Shown here piece by piece: positions 18,448 to 27,629 of a stretch of 64,000 nucleotides of DNA. A program made the position numbers and the translations under genes. The DNA is from an uncultured Marinilabiliaceae bacterium. Lineage in GTDB: Bacteria; Bacteroidota; Bacteroidia; Bacteroidales; VadinHA17. The stretch's first letter is position 1; every line of letters begins with the position of its first letter. The notes under the pieces were generated by a model, which did no database searches, had not been told where the DNA came from, and saw only the letters and a list, made by a program, of their open reading frames with translations. The stretch is from contig CALOFK010000003.1 in assembly GCA_942492595.1 (NCBI GenBank), positions 677,554-741,553 on the forward strand, given 5' to 3'.

Positions 18448-20049
18448 TCAGTTAGCATTAATAAAAAGAAGTTTTACATCCGGATCAATCTTAAGCTCGA
18501 CGGGTGATCTTCGTGTTTTAATTTTTATTTCTTCATTTTTCTCATCTATTCTCACCTTCTTCCTTAAGGTCCTTCCACGATAAACAATTTCGATCTCAAG
18601 CGGAATATCAAAGATATATACATCCTGCTCCTGTACCACCTTAATAATTGTTTCCTTTCTGCTCCGACTATGCTCCCATTCCAGATCAAGAACAGGTAGT
18701 GATGGCTGAATGAGCCACTGATCAAAAAATTTACCAAGATCCCTGTCTGAAACTTCTTCCATTATCAACCTGAAATCGCTGGTAAGAGCATTTCCATCCC
18801 TGAACTTTAAGTAATATCTTCTTATGCCTGTAAAAAACACCTTATCGCCCAGCTCATCCCGGAGCATATGAAGAACCCATGACCCCTTCTGATAAGAGTT
18901 AGCATTTAGCAATTTCATTAAATTAGTAACAGTAGTATCAATAATAGGTAATGGAGCGTTCTCATATGCCTTTATAACTCTTTGACGCGAAACCCCCATT
19001 AAACTTTCCATTGCGGGCTTGCCATATCTGTCTTCCATATAGCAGGAAGTAAAATATGTTGCAAAGCCCTCGCTAAGCCATATATGATGCCAGTCGTATT
19101 CTGTAACAGAATTTCCGAACCACTGATGAGCTATCTCATGTGCCATTAATCTTTCCATCCTGTTTTTACCGGTAACACTCTTTTCTGAGTAGAAAATACA
19201 GCCAGCATTTTCCATACCGCCAAACATAGTTTTGGATTGAACATTTGCCAGCTTTTCATAGGGATATTCACCTATAAGATCCGAATAATACTTCAAAGGT
19301 TCGCTTGCTACAGAATAATCACTAAAACCGGCTTCCCTGTTTTCAGGGAATACATAGGTCCATATATCAACACCTTTTACATTAGCTGCCAGCTGGGATG
19401 CAAAGTTCGCAACTCCGATTACCATAACCTTTGTTGGGATTGCAACATCCTCTCTCCAGTGAGTCAGCTTTCTGCCATCACTAATAGTAGTCTCATCAAT
19501 AAGTCTTCCATTACTCACTACCTTATAAATGCCCGGTGCATTTACTATAAACTCTACCCTGGCCTTATCATAGGGGTGATCAACGCATGGTATCCAGTTT
19601 CTTGCCCTATCGGGCCAATTATCAGAAAAAAATGTTCTTTCTCCATACATATTTTCCGAAATAATAAGTCCGTCGGCCGGGATGCCCGAATACTTAATTA
19701 GCAGTATAGACTTATCTCCATCTTGTTTCTCTCTATCAAATTTTATAAGCAAGCTGTTATTTTTGTGTTCCCAGAATACAGGCTTGCCATCAGAAAGCAC
19801 ACTTTGAACTTCCATACCCTTCTGGTCTTTATTTATATTAACCAGGTCAAGTTGGATCTGAGAGCCTTTCCCGCTATGCAGAATATTTATTACAGCCTCA
19901 CCACTTATTAAATCGCAACTATCTGACAGATAGATATTGAAGCTATAGTTCTGTACATCAATATTGTCGTTTTTCGGGTAATTATCTGTAGCATGAGATG
20001 TAATTGAAAGAGAGAAAAATATCAGCAGAATAGAAATACGATACTTCAT
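18448..20049 (-). CDS. M1-family zinc metallopeptidase (aminopeptidase N-like), secreted
   Basis: It has the exopeptidase motif GGMENAG and the zinc motif HEIAHQWFG-x18-WLSEGFATY. The probable start is MKYRISILL (signal peptide) at 20049 rather than the GTG at 20091. Confidence 0.9.
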   Translation of the reverse strand: MKYRISILLIFFSLSITSHATDNYPKNDNIDVQNYSFNIYLSDSCDLISGEAVINILHSGKGSQIQLDLVNINKDQKGMEVQSVLSDGKPVFWEHKNNSLLIKFDREKQDGDKSILLIKYSGIPADGLIISENMYGERTFFSDNWPDRARNWIPCVDHPYDKARVEFIVNAPGIYKVVSNGRLIDETTISDGRKLTHWREDVAIPTKVMVIGVANFASQLAANVKGVDIWTYVFPENREAGFSDYSVASEPLKYYSDLIGEYPYEKLANVQSKTMFGGMENAGCIFYSEKSVTGKNRMERLMAHEIAHQWFGNSVTEYDWHHIWLSEGFATYFTSCYMEDRYGKPAMESLMGVSRQRVIKAYENAPLPIIDTTVTNLMKLLNANSYQKGSWVLHMLRDELGDKVFFTGIRRYYLKFRDGNALTSDFRLIMEEVSDRDLGKFFDQWLIQPSLPVLDLEWEHSRSRKETIIKVVQEQDVYIFDIPLEIEIVYRGRTLRKKVRIDEKNEEIKIKTRRSPVELKIDPDVKLLFINAN

Positions 20050-20254
20050 TAGAGAAAGGGTGAGTATTAATTTGATCTGTTCAGGTAGCACAAAGTTAAT
20101 GTTAATGATTACTTATCAATACCCTGTAGAGCATTTTTTACTTTGGTCATTCATAGTATATTGATTAGATTTGCACTGAACTTAACTGGCATGATCAGAT
20201 ATTCTCTTTTATCATCAGTATAGGTTGAACAAAATCCACGTTAATAAACTAGAA

Positions 20255-20884
20255 ATGAATCACGACTATAATACCCAGAGAAAAAGGATGGCTCTGCCAG
20301 AATATGGCAGAAATGTTCAGAAGATGATCGATTATATCAAAACAATCGAAGACAGGGATGAAAGAAATAGGGCAGCCAGAACAATTATTAAGATTATGGG
20401 GAACCTAAACCCCCACCTGAGAGATTACGGGGATATCAATCATAAGTTGTGGGATCATATCTCAATTATCTCCCAGTTTGAACTCGATATTGATGCTCCA
20501 TACCCTCCTCCAGAAAAAGAAAAACTCAACGAAAAACCCCAGAGGGTCGAGTATAAAGAGGGTGAAGTTAAGTATCTTCACTATGGCAGGGTAGTTGAAA
20601 TGATGATTGATGTGGCAGTTGAAATGCCCGAAGACGATAAACGGGATTTTCTGGTTCTTCTTATTGCCAACCAGATGAAGAAGGCAGCTGCTGGCTGGAA
20701 CAGGGGTAATGTATCGGATGAGGTAATCTTTAAGGATATATCAGAGCTCTCAAAAAATAAGTTAAAGGTACCCGAAGGAACCAGGCTTATGGAAGTAAAG
20801 GACCTTATAGGACCTAAAAAGAAAAAGCAAACTAAGCAGCAGGGTGGAAAACAATCAAAGAAAAAATATCATAGCAGACACTAA
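20255..20884 (+). CDS. DUF4290-family protein (conserved partner of murA in Bacteroidota)
   Basis: It has the YNTQRKRMALPEYGRNVQKMIDYI pattern and a K-rich tail. The stop overlaps the murA start (TAATG). The likely ATG is at 20255; the track uses the TTG at 20225. Confidence 0.8.
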   Translation: MNHDYNTQRKRMALPEYGRNVQKMIDYIKTIEDRDERNRAARTIIKIMGNLNPHLRDYGDINHKLWDHISIISQFELDIDAPYPPPEKEKLNEKPQRVEYKEGEVKYLHYGRVVEMMIDVAVEMPEDDKRDFLVLLIANQMKKAAAGWNRGNVSDEVIFKDISELSKNKLKVPEGTRLMEVKDLIGPKKKKQTKQQGGKQSKKKYHSRH

Positions 20885-22191
20885 TGAGCACCTTTGTTAT
20901 TGAAGGAGGAAGGAAACTCTCCGGAAGTATTGAACCACAGGGAGCAAAAAATGAAGCGCTTCAGATAATATGCGCCACTCTGCTTACCTCCGAAAAAGTC
21001 ACTATTAATAATTTACCTGATATAAGGGATGTAAATAAACTTATCGACCTGATTGCTGATATGGGAGTTGAGGTGAGAAGAGAAACACGCAATATTGTTT
21101 CATTCAAAGCTGCAGCTATCGATAATAAGTTCCTTCAATCGCAGGATTATTTCCAGAAGAGCTCCGCTCTCAGAGGTTCGGTAATGCTTCTGGGTCCTCT
21201 ACTTGCCAGGCAGGGTTACGCAAACATGCCTAAACCGGGGGGCGATAAAATTGGTCGAAGAAGGGTTGATACACATTTTACCGGTTTTGGCAAGCTTGGT
21301 GCAGACTTTAACTTCGACGCAGAAAAACGTCTCTATTCAGTAAAAACAGATAAACTAATAGGGGCCTATATTCATCTCGATGAAGCCTCTGTTACCGGAA
21401 CAGCAAATATTATTATGGCAGCCACCCTGGCTGAAGGTAAAACAACTATTTATAATGCCGCCTGTGAACCATATATCCAGCAATTATGCAAAATGCTGGT
21501 GAGCATGGGAGCACAGATAGACGGCATTGGTTCAAACCTCCTTCATATAGAGGGTGTTTCTTCTCTTTCAGGTTGCAATCATACCGTATTGCCTGATATG
21601 ATAGAAACCGGTTCATTTATTGGGATGGCAGCCATGACTCAGTCTGAATTAACAATAAAAAATGTTTCTTATGATAATCTTGGTATTATCCCCGATTCAT
21701 TTAAAAGACTTGGAATAAGGCTGGAAAGAAGAGGTGATGATATTTTTATTCCCGAGCAGGATAATTACGTAATTGAGTCATTTATCGACGGATCCATTAT
21801 GACTATCGCCGATGCAATATGGCCGGGTCTTACACCAGACCTTTTGAGCGTATTCCTTGTTACCGCCACTCAGGCAAAGGGCTCTGTACTTATTCATCAG
21901 AAGATGTTTGAAAGTCGACTCTTTTTCGTTGACAAGCTAATTGATATGGGCGCGCAAATAATCTTATGCGACCCTCATCGTGCAACGGTTATTGGCCACG
22001 ACAGGAAAGTAAACCTGCGCGGTACCACTATGACCTCACCCGATATCAGAGCAGGTGTCGCCCTGCTTATTGCTGCAATGTCGGCCGATGGGGAGAGTAC
22101 AATAAATAATATTGAACAGATTGATCGTGGATACCAGGAAATTGATAAAAGACTTAATGCCCTGGGAGCCAATATAAGACGAACCGAATAA
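20884..22191 (+). CDS. murA: UDP-N-acetylglucosamine 1-carboxyvinyltransferase
   Basis: 435 aa with N-terminus FVIEGGRKLSGSIEPQGAKNEALQ. The active-site loop is KPGGDKIGRRRVDTH, with Asp in place of the fosfomycin-target Cys. Confidence 0.95.
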   Translation: MSTFVIEGGRKLSGSIEPQGAKNEALQIICATLLTSEKVTINNLPDIRDVNKLIDLIADMGVEVRRETRNIVSFKAAAIDNKFLQSQDYFQKSSALRGSVMLLGPLLARQGYANMPKPGGDKIGRRRVDTHFTGFGKLGADFNFDAEKRLYSVKTDKLIGAYIHLDEASVTGTANIIMAATLAEGKTTIYNAACEPYIQQLCKMLVSMGAQIDGIGSNLLHIEGVSSLSGCNHTVLPDMIETGSFIGMAAMTQSELTIKNVSYDNLGIIPDSFKRLGIRLERRGDDIFIPEQDNYVIESFIDGSIMTIADAIWPGLTPDLLSVFLVTATQAKGSVLIHQKMFESRLFFVDKLIDMGAQIILCDPHRATVIGHDRKVNLRGTTMTSPDIRAGVALLIAAMSADGESTINNIEQIDRGYQEIDKRLNALGANIRRTE

Positions 22192-22201
22192 TACCCTGTA
22201 A

Positions 22202-22579
22202 ATGCAATATTTTAATTCACCCAATGCACCTGCTCCGGGCGGCCACTACTCACAGGCGGTTATCCATAACGGACTGATATATATATCCGGACAACTACCT
22301 ATTAACCCCTTTACGGGCGAGAAGGTAGCAGGTTCTATTGAAGATCAGACCAGGCAGGTACTTGAAAACATGAATACTATCCTGGGCGATGCAGGAACAA
22401 GCATGAAAAATGTAATTAAGTGTACTATTTACATCTCCGATATCAGTCTATGGGGAAAGGTAAACGAGGTATATAAAGACTTTTTCGGAAAACATAAACC
22501 TGCCAGGGCAGTTGTACCGGTTAAAGATTTACATTTTGGATTCAAAATTGAGCTGGAAGCAATTGCAGCTATTCAGTAA
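22202..22579 (+). CDS. ridA: RidA/YjgF-family reactive intermediate deaminase
   Basis: 125 aa with APAPGGHYSQAV...GQLP...ARAVVPV...IELEAIA, typical of YjgF/UK114. Confidence 0.9.
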   Translation: MQYFNSPNAPAPGGHYSQAVIHNGLIYISGQLPINPFTGEKVAGSIEDQTRQVLENMNTILGDAGTSMKNVIKCTIYISDISLWGKVNEVYKDFFGKHKPARAVVPVKDLHFGFKIELEAIAAIQ

Positions 22580-22599
22580 TAATCTCCGGATATTTCTCT

Positions 22600-22642
22600 A
22601 AGGGTTTAGAGACCAATGGTATTGAAACCCTTTATTTTTTTT
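22600..22642 (+). terminator. Rho-independent terminator after ridA
   Basis: Stem AAGGGTTT (22600-22607) / AAACCCTT (22625-22632) followed by TATTTTTTTT. Confidence 0.7.
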
Positions 22643-22706
22643 AACCTAATTGAACAAAACACTCGCTATTGCATTATAACAATATAATGTAAAACTAAAC
22701 TGCGCT

Positions 22707-23507
22707 ATGAACCACAACCTGATTTTTGAAAAGCTCTGGAAAGAGTACAGCGAAACAAATCCAAGTGCAAACCAGATCCACTCACTGCTTGAAAAACGCG
22801 GAGAAAAGATAGTCAACGATCATGTTGCCTTCAGAACCTATGATATTCCCGGGATAGATATTAAAGCTCTGTCTGCTCCCTTTATTAATGCCGGATATGT
22901 TGAGAAAGGAGAATACTTCTTTGAGACAAAACGCCTCAGGGCAAAACACTATGAGCATAATTCAGATCCACTGGCACCAAAGGTATTTATAAGTGAATTA
23001 ATTACTGCCGACTTTAGCGAGTTTGTACAGTCGACAGCAAGAGAAGCCGCCGAACAAACGCTTGCTGCCATAAATACACCCGATGATCTTATCTTTGCAC
23101 TGGTTCCCTGGGGTAAAGCTTCATTTGAAACTTACAGCAAACTACTCGAGGAATCCGAATATGCAGCATGGATGTATGTGTGGGGTTTCAGGGCCAATCA
23201 TTTTACGATATTTATTAACCACCTTGACAATTTCGATAGCATAGAATCACTGAATACTTTCCTTAAGGAAAAAGGATATAAGCTAAATGCATCGGGCGGT
23301 GAAATAAAGGGTACCCGTGAACAGCTCCTTAAGCAATCATCAACCCTGGCCGACATGGTCGCACTTAAGTTTACAGAAGGAAGTCATAATATTCCCTGCT
23401 GCTACTATGAATTTGCAGAACGATTTGAAAAATCTCCCGGAAAGCTCTATACCGGCTTTATTGCCAGCTCGGCAGATAAAATTTTCGAGAGTACAGACGC
23501 CAGATAG
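22707..23507 (+). CDS. DUF1338-family protein (HglS-like 2-oxoadipate dioxygenase/decarboxylase family)
   Basis: 266 aa. The N-terminal LWKEY...VNDHVAFRTY pattern and ...NHFTI... are characteristic of DUF1338. Confidence 0.75.
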   Translation: MNHNLIFEKLWKEYSETNPSANQIHSLLEKRGEKIVNDHVAFRTYDIPGIDIKALSAPFINAGYVEKGEYFFETKRLRAKHYEHNSDPLAPKVFISELITADFSEFVQSTAREAAEQTLAAINTPDDLIFALVPWGKASFETYSKLLEESEYAAWMYVWGFRANHFTIFINHLDNFDSIESLNTFLKEKGYKLNASGGEIKGTREQLLKQSSTLADMVALKFTEGSHNIPCCYYEFAERFEKSPGKLYTGFIASSADKIFESTDAR

Positions 23508-23559
23508 ATTTTAAATTTAATAGGGCCGGATTAAGTTCTTCGAATCTTCTCTTTTTTAT

Positions 23560-24369
23560 TTACAAGAACCTGGAGCGGTTAAATTCTGAAGGATCAATAA
23601 ATTTCCTGGAAGTATCAACATCAGCAATTAAGATTCCCGCCCGGTTTCTGGGTAGTTTTTTCATAACTATTCCATCAGGTTGTATAAGGAAGGATCCCAG
23701 GCTGCTTTCCCTGTTACACGCATTGGATCCGCTGACCCACATGTAGTTGTTGGCAGCGCTGCTCCTTACTGCACCCATAATAAGTGAGCCATGATCTCTG
23801 CCCGATTTTTTATACTCATCGGGTTCAACACTGGCGTCATACCAGGATTGAAAAATTAAATCCACTCCCATTGACTTATATTCCCGGTATAGTTCCGGAT
23901 AACGCCATTCATGGCAGATAAGCAGGCCGCATTTGATTCCATTTAAAAAGAAAGTAACAGGCCTTATCCCAGCTGAAAAATAGTACACATCATCACCGCT
24001 GTCGCCAGCTGTCAGCAACCTTTTATCATATCTGCACTCAATCTTCCCAACAGGATTAATTACAAATAAGGAGTTATACGGCAAATCCATACCTTCCTCA
24101 AAGTAGTAGCCTCCAACAATAAGCCATAATTTTAAATTAGCAGCAAGATCAGCAATCTCCTCAAGTGCTTTATTTTGAGCTATCCTCCTTTCTTCTGTAT
24201 ATTCTGTAAACTCAACACCTGCATAGCCGCTCAGGTTACATTCAGGAAAGTGAACAAGATCAGCCCTCCTCCGGGCAGCGTTTTTAATATGCTTTTTACT
24301 TTGAGCAAGGTTATTACTTATATTGCCGGATAAGCTATACTGACAAACTGCAATCTTAAGAGTACTCAT
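23560..24369 (-). CDS. Carbon-nitrogen hydrolase (nitrilase-superfamily amidohydrolase)
   Basis: It has LKIAVCQ..., the catalytic Glu context HFPECNLSGY, a Lys in RYDKRLL and a Cys in GLLICHEWRYPE. The probable start is MSTLK at 24369. Confidence 0.85.
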   Translation of the reverse strand: MSTLKIAVCQYSLSGNISNNLAQSKKHIKNAARRRADLVHFPECNLSGYAGVEFTEYTEERRIAQNKALEEIADLAANLKLWLIVGGYYFEEGMDLPYNSLFVINPVGKIECRYDKRLLTAGDSGDDVYYFSAGIRPVTFFLNGIKCGLLICHEWRYPELYREYKSMGVDLIFQSWYDASVEPDEYKKSGRDHGSLIMGAVRSSAANNYMWVSGSNACNRESSLGSFLIQPDGIVMKKLPRNRAGILIADVDTSRKFIDPSEFNRSRFL

Positions 24370-24430
24370 TATCTTTGTTGATTTAGGAACCAATATAGCA
24401 GAATTATACTAAATCTCCATTTCTCTTTCT

Positions 24431-24480
24431 CTACCTCCCTCACCTCACCCCATCACCCCATCACACCATTACCCAATCAT
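24431..24480. repeat. C/A-rich low-complexity tract with tandem ACCCCATC units (G-tracts on the minus strand)
   Basis: The sequence is CTACCTCCCTCACCTCACCCCATCACCCCATCACACCATTACCCAATCAT. C3-4 runs start at 24437, 24448, 24456 and 24472. Confidence 0.6.
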
Positions 24481-24517
24481 CCAATAACAGGCTTAAAGAT
24501 GCTACCCATTGACTTTA

Positions 24518-24545
24518 GTCTTTTGTCTTTTGTCCTTTGTCTTAC
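24518..24545 (+). repeat. Four tandem 7-bp units GTCTTTT/GTCCTTT upstream of the grpE promoter
   Basis: The sequence is GTCTTTTGTCTTTTGTCCTTTGTCTTAC. A further TTGTCC occurs at 24557-24562. Confidence 0.6.
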
Positions 24546-24574
24546 TTTCTGTCATTTTGTCCAAACATAATGCT

Positions 24575-24590
24575 TGGCAGAGTATTTGCT
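24575..24590 (+). promoter_or_regulatory. Sigma-54-type -24/-12 promoter element upstream of grpE-dnaJ
   Basis: TGGCAG(24575-80)-AGTAT-TTGCT(24586-90). It matches TGGCAC-N5-TTGCW at 10 of 11 positions with exact spacing. The ATG at 24624 is 34 nt downstream. Confidence 0.55.
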
Positions 24591-24623
24591 CCCTTGGAGT
24601 AGGTTTTTAAAAATATATTTTTG

Positions 24624-25277
24624 ATGGCTACGAGTAAAGATTCTAAGAAGGATAAAAAGAAGGCAGATAATAAAACAAAAGCTGCTGATATTAAGGATGT
24701 TAATGCAGACAACAAGGATGCTGGAAACAACGAAAATGCTGAGGACTCAGTTAATTCAGAACAGCAATCCTCTGCTAAGAAAAAAGATAAGGTAAAAGAG
24801 GACGGAATAAATACTGACAACAAAGCCGATACTGAGGAGAGCCTCGAGGAAAAATTGGCAGAAGCAAAGGATAAGTATTTACGCCTCTCTGCTGAATTCG
24901 ATAATTACAGGAAAAGAACACTTAAAGAGAAAATGGATCTTACCAAGTCGGCAGGTGAGTCTATAATAAATAACCTCCTGCCTGTTATGGATGATTTTGA
25001 CAGGGCACTGCAGCTTATGGAGGAAGTTAGCGATTGCAAAGCGATGAAAGATGGCATTGATCTGATATACTCAAAGTTCAGTGAATTTCTAAAGGGAAAC
25101 GGAGTCAAAGAAATAGATGCTCTAAACAAGGAATTTGACACCGACCTTCATGAGGCCATTACTAAAATTCCTGCGCCAGACAAAAAATCAAAAGGGAAAG
25201 TAGTGGATGTTATTCAAAAAGGCTATTATCTAAACGACAGGGTTATGAGGTATGCTAAAGTTGTGATAGGAGAATAG
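24624..25277 (+). CDS. grpE: Nucleotide exchange factor GrpE, with a long K/D/N-rich N-terminal extension
   Basis: It has the GrpE core LRLSAEFDNYRKRT...DPxxHEA-like DTDLHEAI...GYYLNDRVMRYAKVVIG. The ATG at 24624 immediately follows the TTG used by the track. Confidence 0.93.
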   Translation: MATSKDSKKDKKKADNKTKAADIKDVNADNKDAGNNENAEDSVNSEQQSSAKKKDKVKEDGINTDNKADTEESLEEKLAEAKDKYLRLSAEFDNYRKRTLKEKMDLTKSAGESIINNLLPVMDDFDRALQLMEEVSDCKAMKDGIDLIYSKFSEFLKGNGVKEIDALNKEFDTDLHEAITKIPAPDKKSKGKVVDVIQKGYYLNDRVMRYAKVVIGE

Positions 25278-25415
25278 CCAGGAGAACTTCATTAAAGTTC
25301 TGGAGAACTATGGCGGACGAAGAAAGAGCTAAGAGCCAGGACACAGGGCAAAGAAGATTTTAATAATTGGAAGAGTGGATGGCTAAGGCAAAACTCCACA
25401 CAAAAAACAAACAGG

Positions 25416-26567
25416 ATGTCAAAAAGAGATTATTACGAAGTACTTGAAGTTTCAAAGAGTGCAAGCAAAGAAGAGATCAAAAAGGCTTACAGAAAGAAAG
25501 CACTTCAATATCATCCTGATAAGAATCCTGGAGATTCCGGGGCCGAGGATAAATTTAAGGAGGCAGCAGAAGCCTACGAAGTTCTTCGCGACGACAACAA
25601 GAGAGCACGGTACGACAGGTATGGTCATGCCGGCATGGGTAATGCCGGTGGATTTAGTGGAGGTGGAATGTCGATGGATGATATCTTCTCATCCTTTGGC
25701 GATATATTTGGGGATGCTTTTGGCGGTTTCGGAGGTTTCGGAGGATTTAGCGGAGGCAGGACAAGAGAAAGAGTAAATAAGGGATCAAACCTGAGAGTAA
25801 GGGTTAAACTTACCCTTGCAGAGGTAGCAAAAGGCGTAGAAAAGAAAATAAAAGTTAAAAAGTATGTCTCCTGTGAAGTCTGCGGAGGATCTGGTGCGGC
25901 TGACAGCAATAGCTTCAGCACATGCTCAACATGCCAGGGAGCAGGAAGGGTAACCCGGGTTACCAACACCATACTGGGACAAATGCAAAGTGCCTCAACC
26001 TGCCCTTCATGCGGAGGAGAAGGTAAAATTATCACCAAAAAATGTAATACCTGCTTTGGTGAAGGAATGATAAAAAAGGAAGAGGTCATAACTATTAAGA
26101 TTCCTGCCGGGGTTGGGAATGGCATGCAGCTTACCGTTAGCGGTAAAGGAAATGCGGCAAGAAGAGGAGGTATACCGGGCGATCTGCTTGTTATGATAGA
26201 CGAGATAGATGATGACAAGTTGATTAGAGAAGGAAACGACCTTATATATAATCTGTTTATTAGTGTACCCGATGCAATACTGGGCACCCAGGTTGAGATC
26301 CCGACAGTAGAAAACAGTGTTAAAATAAAGATAGAACCAGGCACTCAGGCAGGAAAAATTTTAAGACTCAGAGGTAAGGGAATACCTGATGTTAATGGCT
26401 ATGGAACAGGAGACCTGCTGGTGAACATTAATGTCTGGATTCCGAAGATCCTGACAGCTGAGGAACAGAAACTAATCGAGAAAATAAAAGGTGCCGAATC
26501 GTTTACACCCAAACCAGGTAAGGGAGATAAGGGGTTTTTTGATAGGATGAGATCATACTTTGAATAG
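25416..26567 (+). CDS. dnaJ: Molecular chaperone DnaJ
   Basis: It has a J domain with HPD (YHPDKNPGD), a G/F-rich region and four CxxCxGxG zinc-finger repeats. Confidence 0.97.
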   Translation: MSKRDYYEVLEVSKSASKEEIKKAYRKKALQYHPDKNPGDSGAEDKFKEAAEAYEVLRDDNKRARYDRYGHAGMGNAGGFSGGGMSMDDIFSSFGDIFGDAFGGFGGFGGFSGGRTRERVNKGSNLRVRVKLTLAEVAKGVEKKIKVKKYVSCEVCGGSGAADSNSFSTCSTCQGAGRVTRVTNTILGQMQSASTCPSCGGEGKIITKKCNTCFGEGMIKKEEVITIKIPAGVGNGMQLTVSGKGNAARRGGIPGDLLVMIDEIDDDKLIREGNDLIYNLFISVPDAILGTQVEIPTVENSVKIKIEPGTQAGKILRLRGKGIPDVNGYGTGDLLVNINVWIPKILTAEEQKLIEKIKGAESFTPKPGKGDKGFFDRMRSYFE

Positions 26568-26619
26568 ATATCACCTGTCAAAAATACTGATATACCGACA
26601 ATAATAAGCTATATATATA

Positions 26620-26660
26620 ATAGCCCTTACCAGAAGCACCCTGTAAGGGCTATTTATATT
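26620..26660 (+). terminator. Terminator hairpin after dnaJ
   Basis: Stem ATAGCCCTTAC (26620-26630) / GTAAGGGCTAT (26643-26653) followed by a T-rich TTATATT. Confidence 0.6.
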
Positions 26661-26694
26661 ATATTTACAGAAATAAACCTGAAAATTATAACTT

Positions 26695-27615
26695 ATGACA
26701 CTTTTAAGAGCTGATAATGTAAGAAAACAATACAGCAACCACCTGGCTCTTGATGATGTTTCTCTGGCGGTACCTAAGCAGAGTATATATGGACTGCTTG
26801 GTCCGAATGGCGCCGGAAAGACAACCCTCCTGAGAATAATTAACCAGATTACTGCTCCGGATAGTGGAAGTGTATTCCTGGACGGACATCCGCTTTCCTC
26901 TTCAGATCTGATAAATATCGGCTATCTTCCGGAAGAAAGAGGCCTTTATAAGAAAATGAAGGTAGGTGAGCAATCTATTTATCTGGCTATGTTAAAAGGT
27001 CTCTCCAAGAGTGAAGCTATATCAAAGCTGAAGGAGTGGTTTACAAAATTTGAGATAATCGACTGGTGGGACAAGAAAGTTGAAGAATTATCGAAGGGTA
27101 TGCAACAGAAGATACAATTTGTAACGACTGTTTTGCATGAGCCTAAGTTACTTATCTTCGATGAACCCTTCAGTGGATTTGATCCTATAAACGCTAATCT
27201 TCTTAAGAAGGAAATCCTCGACCTGCGTGACAGAGGTGCTACCATAATATTCTCAACCCATAATATGGCATCAGTCGAAGAGCTCTGCGATCATATTACT
27301 CTGATTGATAACTCCAAATCGATACTGGAAGGAAGCGTCGAAACCATCAGAAAAGAATGGGCTGCCAATGAATATATTATAGAGTTTGAAGGGAAAACCG
27401 ATATTCAGATTAATTCTGCTTATGAAATACTCTCTAACGAACAAAAAGAAGGCAAATCAAGCTTACATATAAAAGCTGCAGCAGTAAATAACGAAAATAA
27501 GATTATTGGCGATATGCTTAAAGCAGGTAATATTTTGTCTTTTAATCCTGCCCTACCCTCAATGAACGAGATATTCATAAGGGTTGTCGAGGCAAATGTA
27601 AAACCTTCGAAATAA
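26695..27615 (+). CDS. ABC transporter ATP-binding protein (ABC-2/NatA-like exporter subfamily)
   Basis: It has Walker A GPNGAGKTT, signature LSKGMQQK, Walker B LLIFDEPFSGFD and an H-loop STHNM. Confidence 0.92.
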   Translation: MTLLRADNVRKQYSNHLALDDVSLAVPKQSIYGLLGPNGAGKTTLLRIINQITAPDSGSVFLDGHPLSSSDLINIGYLPEERGLYKKMKVGEQSIYLAMLKGLSKSEAISKLKEWFTKFEIIDWWDKKVEELSKGMQQKIQFVTTVLHEPKLLIFDEPFSGFDPINANLLKKEILDLRDRGATIIFSTHNMASVEELCDHITLIDNSKSILEGSVETIRKEWAANEYIIEFEGKTDIQINSAYEILSNEQKEGKSSLHIKAAAVNNENKIIGDMLKAGNILSFNPALPSMNEIFIRVVEANVKPSK

Positions 27616-27629
27616 TAAAATCAAGTGTT

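Noticed and set aside
24542-24823. 93-aa minus-strand ORF overlapping the grpE 5' region
   Set aside because: It is the antisense reading of the K/D/N-rich low-complexity N-terminus of GrpE and of the TTGTC repeat tract. It has no start context or motif.
24394-25415. CIRCE/HrcA operator (TTAGCACTC-N9-GAGTGCTAA) upstream of grpE or dnaJ
   Set aside because: No such inverted repeat is present upstream of grpE, in the grpE-dnaJ spacer or upstream of hsp20. The grpE-dnaJ spacer holds only a short AGAACTT/AAGTTCT hairpin.
25625-26344. 239-aa ORF antisense to dnaJ
   Set aside because: It lies entirely within the well-supported dnaJ gene on the opposite strand. Its P/S/L-rich low-complexity translation is typical of a shadow ORF of a G/F- and Cys-rich coding region.
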